32,000 nt of DNA from the NCBI GenBank assembly GCA_038858525.1, contig JAWCFL010000010.1, forward strand, positions 1 to 32,000. Reading direction: 5' to 3'. This document shows positions 8,299 through 15,874 of this stretch, in pieces. A program made the translations under genes and the position numbers. The notes under the pieces were generated by a model. The model had not been told where the DNA came from and ran no database searches. It worked only from the letters and a program-made list of their open reading frames with translations. Source of the stretch: Candidatus Jordarchaeales archaeon (GTDB taxonomy: Archaea; Asgardarchaeota; Jordiarchaeia; Jordiarchaeales; Freyrarchaeaceae). How positions within the stretch are numbered: the first letter of the stretch is position 1; each line of letters opens with the position of its first letter.

Positions 8299-9416
8299 TT
8301 ATTTTGCCTCCTCGCCTTGGGAAATGAACCTAATATTTTCACGAAGCCGGCCTTCATGCCTATTTTTTCAATGGATTCCCTAACTTCAGGCTGCTCTATA
8401 TGCCCCTCCAAGTCTATGAAGAAAATGTAGTCGCCCAATATTTTTTTGCTAGGCCTAGATTCTATCCTAGTAAGGTTAATGTTCCGTTCTTTGAACTCCT
8501 CAAGGACCTCACATAGCGCTCCCGGTCTATCCTGAAGTAGGAAGATCGCTATAGATGTCTTGTCCTCGCCCGTAGGTGGCATGTCCTTCGTGCCTATAAC
8601 TGCAAAGCGGGTCTCGTTAGTCTGCTCATCCTGTATTCCTCTCGCAAGAACCAGTAGACCATAAAGCTCTGCCGCCATGGCACTACCTATAGCTGCAACA
8701 TCGTGAGCGTCATTTAGAGCTACCAGCCTAACGGCCTCCGCTGTGCTGCTTGTCTCGTAGAGGCGGGCTTGGGGCAGGTTTTTAGCCAAAAAGTTTCTAC
8801 ACTGCGCCAAAGCTTGAGGGTGAGAGTAAACAGCTGTTATCTCGTTAAAATCTATTTTTTCTTTACCTAACAAGCTGTGCTCTACGGGAAGTATTATTTC
8901 ACCACAAATCTTAACGTTACTCCTAACGAGGAGGTCTAGAGTGGTAGTCACGGATCCTTCTACTGAGTTTTCTATGGGTAGAACTCCCATGTCGGCATGT
9001 CCATTCTCAACCATGGAAATTACTCCTGATATGGTGGTTATAGGGATAAGCTCCGCGTCAATATCATTAAAGAACTTTCTTGTTGCTTCCTCAGTGAACG
9101 TTCCTCTTGGCCCGAGATATGCGACCCTGAGGAGGTTTTTCCTAATTTCGTGCTCAATGTCTCTTCCTTTCTTGATTATCCTCATAAAAATGTCCTGTGT
9201 AAAACTCCAATCTAAACCCTTCTCTTTAGATATCCTTTCAACCCGAGACATTATTTCTGCTTCTCTCTGCACGTCCTTTACGCCGAGTTTAAGGCGAGAC
9301 TTAACGTGTGCTATTTCCTTGATAAGGTTCATTCGCTCCGCAAGCAACTCAATAAGTTTTTCGTCCAAAACATCAACTTTACTTCTTAGCGCTCTCAGCA
9401 ATTTCTCGTCAGACAA
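8268..9416 (-). CDS. pheA: Bifunctional chorismate mutase / prephenate dehydratase with ACT domain (P-protein)
   Basis: N-terminal AroQ-type CM (LRSKVDVLDEKLIELLAER...REAEI), VAYLGPRGTFTEEA, PIENSVEGSV, SHPQALAQC, NETRF, INLTRIESRP. TTG start. Confidence 0.95.
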   Translation of the reverse strand: MSDEKLLRALRSKVDVLDEKLIELLAERMNLIKEIAHVKSRLKLGVKDVQREAEIMSRVERISKEKGLDWSFTQDIFMRIIKKGRDIEHEIRKNLLRVAYLGPRGTFTEEATRKFFNDIDAELIPITTISGVISMVENGHADMGVLPIENSVEGSVTTTLDLLVRSNVKICGEIILPVEHSLLGKEKIDFNEITAVYSHPQALAQCRNFLAKNLPQARLYETSSTAEAVRLVALNDAHDVAAIGSAMAAELYGLLVLARGIQDEQTNETRFAVIGTKDMPPTGEDKTSIAIFLLQDRPGALCEVLEEFKERNINLTRIESRPSKKILGDYIFFIDLEGHIEQPEVRESIEKIGMKAGFVKILGSFPKARRQNNCWKNASGRS

Positions 9417-9460
9417 TAGCGAGCTCCCCTAAAAATCTTGATAACACACATAAGTTCCTT

Positions 9461-9478
9461 TTTTTAAAAATTTTCCCG
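9461..9478 (-). promoter_or_regulatory. BRE + TATA promoter of the pheA-cofG-cofH unit
   Basis: Minus strand CGGGAAAA-TTTTTAAAAA about 45 nt upstream of the pheA TTG. Confidence 0.55.
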
Positions 9479-9539
9479 AGAGACGCTGAACGAATAAACG
9501 CGTCAAAGAGGGAAACTAAAAACGGATTTTGGTTTTTAA

Positions 9540-10316
9540 TTAGGAGGACCTTTTCTCTCCAGCTTTCTTTGCTGCCTCTATGATTTTTTTAAGTTTTTCT
9601 CCTTTGTCCTTTAGCGCTGTCTCTTCTATCATTGTTCCTTGCACGATCATGTCTGCTCCTGCCTCAACGACTTCTACCGCGTCATTCTCAGTTCTAATTC
9701 CTCCACCTACTATGAGGGGTATGTCTATTGTTTTTGAGACCATGGAAATCATCTCGTTAGGAACATGGCTGCTCGCTCCTGACCCTGCTTCGAGATAGAC
9801 CAGTTTAAACCCCATGTACTGGGCGGCTAGCGCGTAGGCAGCGGCTATCTGAGGCTTGTTTCTAGGCAGCAAATTAGCCTCACTCATGTAGCCTACTGTT
9901 CCCCCGGGCTCAACGACTAAGTAAGCCATTCCTATGGGCTCTAGTCCGTAAAGTTTAACTGCAAATGCGCCTAGTGCTTGAGCTTTAGTTATGAAGTAAG
10001 GGTTCCTCGAATTTAAGACGCTCATGAAGAATATAGCATCAGCAAGTTTGGAAACGCCTGAAACATTCCCTGGAAAAAGTATCACGGGTAAATCTGTTGC
10101 TTTCTTTATTTTTTCAATGGTTTCGTCTAAGATCCCGAAGGCGGTTGAGCCTCCCACCATTATAGCGTCAGTGCCTGCATCGTGGGCATGCTTGGCTATT
10201 TGCCCCGCAACTTCTGGAGGTTGTTTAAGAGGGTCAGGGTCTATTAATGTTAAGTGTACGACACCCTCCTCTGAGCGCACCTTCAAAAGGTAGTTGAAAA
10301 CTCGGCCATAATTCAT
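9540..10316 (-). CDS. Geranylgeranylglyceryl phosphate synthase (group II)
   Basis: HLTLIDPD, IMVGGS, ILFPGN, EPGGTVGYMSE, YLEAGSG, VGGGIR. Start moved from 10391 to ATG 10316, which has a GGTGA RBS and a promoter inside the longer extension. Tyr at the position of the aromatic anchor (Trp141 in Methanothermobacter) suggests a hexameric form. Confidence 0.95.
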   Translation of the reverse strand: MNYGRVFNYLLKVRSEEGVVHLTLIDPDPLKQPPEVAGQIAKHAHDAGTDAIMVGGSTAFGILDETIEKIKKATDLPVILFPGNVSGVSKLADAIFFMSVLNSRNPYFITKAQALGAFAVKLYGLEPIGMAYLVVEPGGTVGYMSEANLLPRNKPQIAAAYALAAQYMGFKLVYLEAGSGASSHVPNEMISMVSKTIDIPLIVGGGIRTENDAVEVVEAGADMIVQGTMIEETALKDKGEKLKKIIEAAKKAGEKRSS

Positions 10317-10361
10317 TAGTATCACCTGGGAGTTGTAATAGCACTCAAAAATTAGGAAATA

Positions 10362-10380
10362 AATTAAAAAACTTTTATCG
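10362..10380 (-). promoter_or_regulatory. BRE + TATA promoter of GGGP synthase
   Basis: Minus strand CGATAAAAG-TTTTTTAATT. Confidence 0.55.
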
Positions 10381-10426
10381 CCTTCAGCCATGCGAGACAG
10401 GTTATCAATGTAATAAGTCTTGAAAG

Positions 10427-10849
10427 CTATTTTGCTTCAATTTTTCCTCCTTCTTTTTCTGAGGGGAGTTGAGTTTTCACGGAGAAGCCGTAGCTGGTAA
10501 GGTAACTTGTAAGGAACGAGCCGCAAAAAGCGTGGCTAAAAGTTGACTGCGTCACGGTTGCCGCTCTCATAAGAGAGCATGCTTCAGGGGAGCATTCAAA
10601 CCGGTACTTTTTTCCATCCTGCTTGAAGGAGGGGAGCCCCAGCGCCTTCAAAATAAGGTTCAAGTAGGTTATCGCGTATCCTTTATCTTTCCCGAAGGCT
10701 TTTTGGACGCGAGATGCGAGTGCTTGACCTATCATTTCCGAGTAATCTTTTGCGTGCCCGATACCGTCAATAAAAATATAGGTTTTAACTATTAAGTCGA
10801 GAGTGAAAGACTTTAGGGCTTCTAATAATTCATCCTTGGAAAATGACAA
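10427..10849 (-). CDS. Hypothetical protein, probable V4R/H-NOX/Bet3-like fold
   Basis: 140 aa. Helical N-half with G-x-A helix (MIGQALASR) and LKALG, then a beta-hairpin, ECSPEAC and HAFCGSFLTSYL, the order seen in V4R-superfamily proteins. TTG start. Confidence 0.5.
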   Translation of the reverse strand: MSFSKDELLEALKSFTLDLIVKTYIFIDGIGHAKDYSEMIGQALASRVQKAFGKDKGYAITYLNLILKALGLPSFKQDGKKYRFECSPEACSLMRAATVTQSTFSHAFCGSFLTSYLTSYGFSVKTQLPSEKEGGKIEAK

Positions 10850-10943
10850 TTATAATCCCTCTTTTCTAACTCTATTCTTAGCTTAATTTTAGTTTCGTTT
10901 TTAATTATTTTTATTTCGTTCTAGTCTTTTCTCGTAAAGGCAG

Positions 10944-11438
10944 TCATACTTTTTCATCGCTTTCCTTAATTTTTGAGATCAGCTCGTCGTATGAATCTTT
11001 GTCCGTTTTTATTGTTAAGAATCCCTTAACGAGTTCTACTCCCTCGAGTTCCCTTATTTTTTCGAGTACAAGTCTACGCATTTCGGATACATCTCTGCAC
11101 ACAACCTTAACCATCAAGTCGTTGTCTCCCAGTAATCTGTGAATTTCGACTACTTCGGGTATTTCAGCCAAAAACTTTATGATTTTTTCTTCTTTTGCGG
11201 GATTGATATTGATTAATACGAAGCCTTTCGTTATGTATCCTAGGGTCTCCATGTCCAGCTTCACGGTGAACTGCTTAATGACCCCTCTTCGCTGCAGACT
11301 CCTAACTCTGCTATAAAGTGTCGGCTCTGAAACGCCAAGTTCCTCAGCCACCTTTCTGAGGGGCTTGCGTGCATCTTTACACACTGCTTCAAGAATTTTT
11401 TTATCCAATGAGTCCAACTTAACCTTGTTTCTCCTCAA
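10944..11438 (-). CDS. Lrp/AsnC-family transcriptional regulator
   Basis: LDSLDKKILEAVCKDARKPLRKVAEELGVSEPTLYSRVRSLQRRGVI HTH plus RAM domain (LLGDNDLMVKV). Confidence 0.95.
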   Translation of the reverse strand: MRRNKVKLDSLDKKILEAVCKDARKPLRKVAEELGVSEPTLYSRVRSLQRRGVIKQFTVKLDMETLGYITKGFVLININPAKEEKIIKFLAEIPEVVEIHRLLGDNDLMVKVVCRDVSEMRRLVLEKIRELEGVELVKGFLTIKTDKDSYDELISKIKESDEKV

Positions 11439-11765
11439 ATTACATTTATTCCTCCTTCAGCTATGTGATTTTTCCAATTTTTGTAATTTATCCAGAATCC
11501 TTTATAGAAATTTCGTATATTAAATTTTTCTGATAAAAATATTCCATTTATTGTGGAAATAACAATTTTTTCGTTTATTTTTTGCGAAATTAACAAAACA
11601 TTTGTCATGTTTCATCCCGCTAATTATCAATGAAGCTTGGCATGAGTCAGAGAGTATTTTTAATCTGAAAAAAGATGAGAGAATATTTAAAATTTTTTAT
11701 AGGAAACCGGAGAGGAGGCTAACGTCGTTTTAGTTTAATATTTAATCCAGAAATGGTGAAAGGCA

Positions 11766-12491
11766 CTAAAGTGAGAGAGTTTCTAAGTCGTGTGCAAGTA
11801 TGACTTCACCGTCAAAGAATTTTTTAGCCTCCTCTACTAGGAGGAGCTCTCTTCCCTCAAGTATCCAAGGCCAGTGGAAAAGCACAAGTTTTTTGACTTG
11901 GGCTTCCTGCGCAATTTTTCCTGCGTCTCCCGCTGTGCTGTGCTTGAGCATGTGTGCGAGATGCCTTTCATTGTTGAGGAATGTTGCTTCATGTATTAGT
12001 ACGTCGCAACCGTGTGCTAGGTTAATTACTGAGTTGCATGGTGCCGTGTCGCTTGAGTAGCACACCTTTATGTTTCCTCTTTCAATTTTTAGGGCAAATG
12101 TTTCAGGGTGATGATCTGTGGATGCAAACTTTACGTCTTCGAAGGCTGGCTTATACTCGATGTTAAACGTCAGTTTTTCTAGAGGCGTTCCAAATGCTTT
12201 GAGGAGGGAGAATACTAGGTTTTCCACGTAGCTTGGGCCGCTGATAAATAAAGGAGTTCTTCTTCCATGAAGCCATAAAGTCCAGATTAGAGTGGTTATT
12301 CCGGCTGAGTGGTCTAGGTGACTGTGCGTTATTATCACGCGTTTAATAGGGCTTAAAAGACCTGCTGAGATAAGCCTTTGGGTGGTTCCCTCTCCGCAGT
12401 CTACCAGCAGTTCTTCGTCTATTAATATTGAGGGGAGACTTCTGGTTGGAGTTGGTATGCTGGCGGCAGTACCAAGAAACATGATCTCCAA
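11766..12491 (-). CDS. RNase Z/ElaC-like metallo-beta-lactamase-fold phosphodiesterase lacking the flexible arm
   Basis: FLGTAASIPT, LVDCGEG, THSHLDH (HxHxDH), YSSDT, LIHEATF, HSTA, LFH. Only 241 aa. TTG start with GGTGA RBS. Confidence 0.85.
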   Translation of the reverse strand: MEIMFLGTAASIPTPTRSLPSILIDEELLVDCGEGTTQRLISAGLLSPIKRVIITHSHLDHSAGITTLIWTLWLHGRRTPLFISGPSYVENLVFSLLKAFGTPLEKLTFNIEYKPAFEDVKFASTDHHPETFALKIERGNIKVCYSSDTAPCNSVINLAHGCDVLIHEATFLNNERHLAHMLKHSTAGDAGKIAQEAQVKKLVLFHWPWILEGRELLLVEEAKKFFDGEVILAHDLETLSL

Positions 12492-12567
12492 GTTGGATCA
12501 CCAGTAAATTAAAAGAGGGAGAGGACGCTATTATTGTTTCTCAGACAAATGGGATGGTGGCCTATGT

Positions 12568-13281
12568 ATGAATGCCGAGAAGGAGATGAAGAGGATTTTA
12601 GAGGGGCTTGTTGAGGGTGCAGGAATAAGAGGGGCAATCCTGACAACTAAGGAGGGGTTTTCAAGGATGAGTGCCGGCGAAGTTGATGAGAATGTCGCGC
12701 CTGTTATTGCATCATTATCATCCATGTCATCTCAAGTTCTTCATGGTTTCGCTAAGAAGGAACTGGATTACGTGTTAACAAGGTCTAAGGCGACGGTCGT
12801 GATTAGTGTTCCTGTCGGGACGCGGATGAATTTGGCAGTTTTCGTCGATAGGGATGCCGTGGAGCTTGAGGGAATAGAAACAGTAGTGTCCCGCGTTAAG
12901 GCAACGTCCATCCAGTTGGCGGCCATAGATGAAGTGACAAGTTACGAGGAGGGAAGCGTACTGTACATGGTTAAGAAAGAAGTTCCGGAAGCGTTCATGG
13001 CTGCGGTTTTGACTATTGAAGGCATGCCCCTAGACGTTTACCCTTCCTTAGATTACGTGACATCAGCAGGAGTGCTGAGCGCTGTCTCTATGGTTTGTGA
13101 TAAAATTGTTAAGGAGGATGAAAACGAGTACTCCGTTATAGTGGGTGGAGACGCTATTATCATAGTATATAAGCTCCCGCAGAGTAGAGTGCTGGCAGTA
13201 GGAATAAGTAAAGAGAAAAAGGTGGGGGAGTATCTCATAAAAATCAGAAAAATAGTGGATAGCGTGGAGAGGACTGTTTAA
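12568..13281 (+). CDS. Tandem roadblock/LC7 (LAMTOR2-like) domain protein
   Basis: Two roughly 115-aa units: ILEGLVEGAGIRGAILTTKEGF...ASLSSMSSQV...LAVFV and EAFMAAVLTIEGMPL...SAVSMVCDKI...VLAVGIS, each with roadblock alpha-beta-beta-alpha-beta-beta-beta-alpha order. Confidence 0.8.
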   Translation: MNAEKEMKRILEGLVEGAGIRGAILTTKEGFSRMSAGEVDENVAPVIASLSSMSSQVLHGFAKKELDYVLTRSKATVVISVPVGTRMNLAVFVDRDAVELEGIETVVSRVKATSIQLAAIDEVTSYEEGSVLYMVKKEVPEAFMAAVLTIEGMPLDVYPSLDYVTSAGVLSAVSMVCDKIVKEDENEYSVIVGGDAIIIVYKLPQSRVLAVGISKEKKVGEYLIKIRKIVDSVERTV

Positions 13282-13366
13282 CAAAAGATTAAGTATTTCA
13301 CTCATTTGTTCATGTTCAGCTGTTAAAAATAAGTAAGAAGAGTTTCCATACTACTCCGTTTTTAAG

Positions 13367-14569
13367 ATGGTTAATTGGTGTAATGCTATGATGGAGAGCT
13401 TGCTTGTTGTCGGTTTTAATGCAAGACCTATAGCGGCTCAGGCAAAGAAATGTGGATTTCGCGTCTTTGCTGTAGATTACTGGGGGGATGTCGACATTTA
13501 CATGTGGGTTGACGACGTCGTTGTGATAAGAGAGCATGCTGAGCCTCATGCTGACTTCGCCGAAGCAGCTGTCCAGCTGTCCCAGCGTATAGCTCAAAAG
13601 TACGGCATCGATGGAGTTCTCATTGGAAGTGGGCTTGACGACAGGTGGGATTGCTTAGAAAAAATACAGGATATTGCACCCATAATTGGAAATACGCCTT
13701 CTAAGGTTAGAAGAGCGAGAAATAAGGTCGAACTTTATAAGGCTCTAAAAAGAAAAATGGGAATTAATGTTCCGGAGACTATCGCTGTTGAGGATTGTAG
13801 AGAGGCTATTGTTGCCGCTCGTGATTTGGGATTTCCTGTTGTAGTGAGGCGGGAGGCGGGGGGAGGAGGACTTGGAGTGCATCTGGCTCGTGATGAGGAT
13901 GATGTTAAAAGACTTTTCCATTATTTGTGTAAGGGAGCGTGTAGAGTTATCGTTCAGGAGTACGTCATAGGGGAAGATGTGAGTGCTTCCGTCTTGTGTG
14001 ATGGTGAAAAAGCTGTTACGTTAACAGTTAACAGGCAGCTGATAGGGGTGCCTTGGCTTGGAGGAAAGGAATTCATTTACTGTGGGAACGTGGTTCCCCA
14101 CGAGTTGGAGGAGGTTTGTAGGGTTACGGGTAAGGTTGCTGAGGAAATATGCAAGTTTTTAGGGCTTGTAGGCTCTAACGGTGTTGATTTTGTTTTGAGA
14201 GAAGGAGAACCTGTCTTCATAGAGGTTAATCCTAGGTTTCAGGGGACTATCGAATGCGTCTCTATGGTGACAGGAATGAATATCGTTGAAAAGCATATTG
14301 AAGCGTGTCATGGAGTGCTTCCAGAAAAAGTTACCGTGAAGGAGTTTGCCGCAAAAGGCATAGTGTATGCAAAAGAAAAATCGGTTGTTCCCGACCTTAA
14401 AGGATTACCCTGCCTTTACGATATAACAAAGCCAGGAGAAATAGTTGATGCTGGGAGGCCTATATGTAGTATTCAACTAACCGCATCAACTCCGGAACAC
14501 TGTATAAGGAGACTTAGAGAATTAGCGGAGGTAGTTTATGGGAAATTGGTGCTGATACGGGATGAATGA
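13367..14569 (+). CDS. ATP-grasp carboxylate-amine ligase (MJ0776-like family, linked to C1-carrier cofactor synthesis)
   Basis: LLVVGFNARPIA...VDYWGDVD, GGGGLGV, VQEYVIG, GSNGVDFV, IEVNPRFQGT. The real start may be ATG 13388 or 13391. Confidence 0.75.
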   Translation: MVNWCNAMMESLLVVGFNARPIAAQAKKCGFRVFAVDYWGDVDIYMWVDDVVVIREHAEPHADFAEAAVQLSQRIAQKYGIDGVLIGSGLDDRWDCLEKIQDIAPIIGNTPSKVRRARNKVELYKALKRKMGINVPETIAVEDCREAIVAARDLGFPVVVRREAGGGGLGVHLARDEDDVKRLFHYLCKGACRVIVQEYVIGEDVSASVLCDGEKAVTLTVNRQLIGVPWLGGKEFIYCGNVVPHELEEVCRVTGKVAEEICKFLGLVGSNGVDFVLREGEPVFIEVNPRFQGTIECVSMVTGMNIVEKHIEACHGVLPEKVTVKEFAAKGIVYAKEKSVVPDLKGLPCLYDITKPGEIVDAGRPICSIQLTASTPEHCIRRLRELAEVVYGKLVLIRDE

Positions 14570-14589
14570 GTTGATATGTTTATTCGTTT

Positions 14590-15669
14590 TTATCGCTCTC
14601 TTTTTCCTTCTATGAATTCTTCAACCCACTGGCGGGCTACGCTGTCTGGAACTTGTACTGGAGGATGCTTGAAGGCGTAGGATGACATGCTTATCAATGG
14701 ACCTGAAATCCCGCGGTCTAGTGCAAGCTTAACTGCCCTGATGACGTCAATGACCACTCCAGCACTGTTTGGTGAGTCCTCGACGACAAGTTTCACGTCA
14801 ATTGATATTGGCCTATCACCAAATTTTTTCCCTTCGATTCTTATGTAACAGATTTTTTTGTCTCCGAGAAACGGAACATAGTCTGACGGTCCTATTCTGA
14901 CAGGGAACTCGTATGGCACGAGGCTTGTCACGGCTTCAGTTTTGCTTATACGCTTGGTCTTTAGCCTTTCCTCAACGGTCATATTCAGGAAGTCGGTATC
15001 TCCGCCTATGTTTAACTGATACGTGCCTTCTATTTTCACTCCTCTATTTATAAGGAGGTCTACTAATGTTCTATGGAGAATAGTGGCTCCTACCTGGCTT
15101 TTTATGTCGTCTCCAGCTACAGGTAACCCTGCTTTTTCAAACCTGTCAGCCCATTCCGGGTCTGAAGCGATGAACTCAGGGATACAATTTATGAATGCGC
15201 ACCCGGCATCGAGAGCTGCCTGTGCGTATATCCTAGTTGCTTCATAGCTACCAACCGGAATGAAGTTTATCAGCATCTCAGCCCCAGAGTCCTGAAGAGC
15301 AGATGCAACATCAACTGCTTCAGTTTTGCTCTTGTCATAAGTGTAGAAGGCATCCACCATGTGTGGTGCTACCCCATCAGATATGGGCCCAGGCAACACT
15401 TCTACACCTAACTTTGGAACATCGGCGAACCTTTCAACGCAGTTGGGCTCCGCAAAAATAGCTTCACTAATGTCCCGCCCGATTTTATTCTTATTAATAT
15501 CGAAAGCACAGACAAATTCTATGTCTCGGGGATAGTATCCTCCAAAATTAACGTGCATTAGTCCAGGTATCTTATCATCTTTCTTAGCATCTTTGTAATA
15601 GTATACTCCTTGGACTAGTGCTGAGGCACAGTTGCCAAGACCAGCAATAGCCACCTTGATTCTTCCCAA
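14590..15669 (-). CDS. ino1: myo-inositol-1-phosphate synthase
   Basis: AIAGLGNCASALVQG, GDDIKSQVGAT, YQLNIGGDTDFLNM, KRISKTEAV, VEDSPNSAG. TTG start with GAGGTG RBS. Confidence 0.96.
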   Translation of the reverse strand: MGRIKVAIAGLGNCASALVQGVYYYKDAKKDDKIPGLMHVNFGGYYPRDIEFVCAFDINKNKIGRDISEAIFAEPNCVERFADVPKLGVEVLPGPISDGVAPHMVDAFYTYDKSKTEAVDVASALQDSGAEMLINFIPVGSYEATRIYAQAALDAGCAFINCIPEFIASDPEWADRFEKAGLPVAGDDIKSQVGATILHRTLVDLLINRGVKIEGTYQLNIGGDTDFLNMTVEERLKTKRISKTEAVTSLVPYEFPVRIGPSDYVPFLGDKKICYIRIEGKKFGDRPISIDVKLVVEDSPNSAGVVIDVIRAVKLALDRGISGPLISMSSYAFKHPPVQVPDSVARQWVEEFIEGKRER

Positions 15670-15874
15670 CAGTTGCCACCTCGCTGAGAAAGTTTATCAC
15701 AAACATTAACGAACATAGAGCGCATTATTTAATCAAAAAAATATTTAAACGCCAACGAAGCTGAAGCTATATTGGAAGACGTTATTTTTAAAAGTTTTTC
15801 TTTTTGCATTTAACGTAAAACAAAATAAGGGAAAGTTGAAGCTTTAAATTAATGAGGACGTAAGCTTGCGGGTT

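Noticed and set aside
10316-10436. A single frameshift at GCA AAA TAG would fuse the V4R-like ORF to GGGP synthase, because that frame is open across the spacer
   Set aside because: The spacer holds a clear BRE-TATA and a GGTGA RBS for GGGP synthase, the linker is not protein-like, and about 40 open codons can arise by chance.
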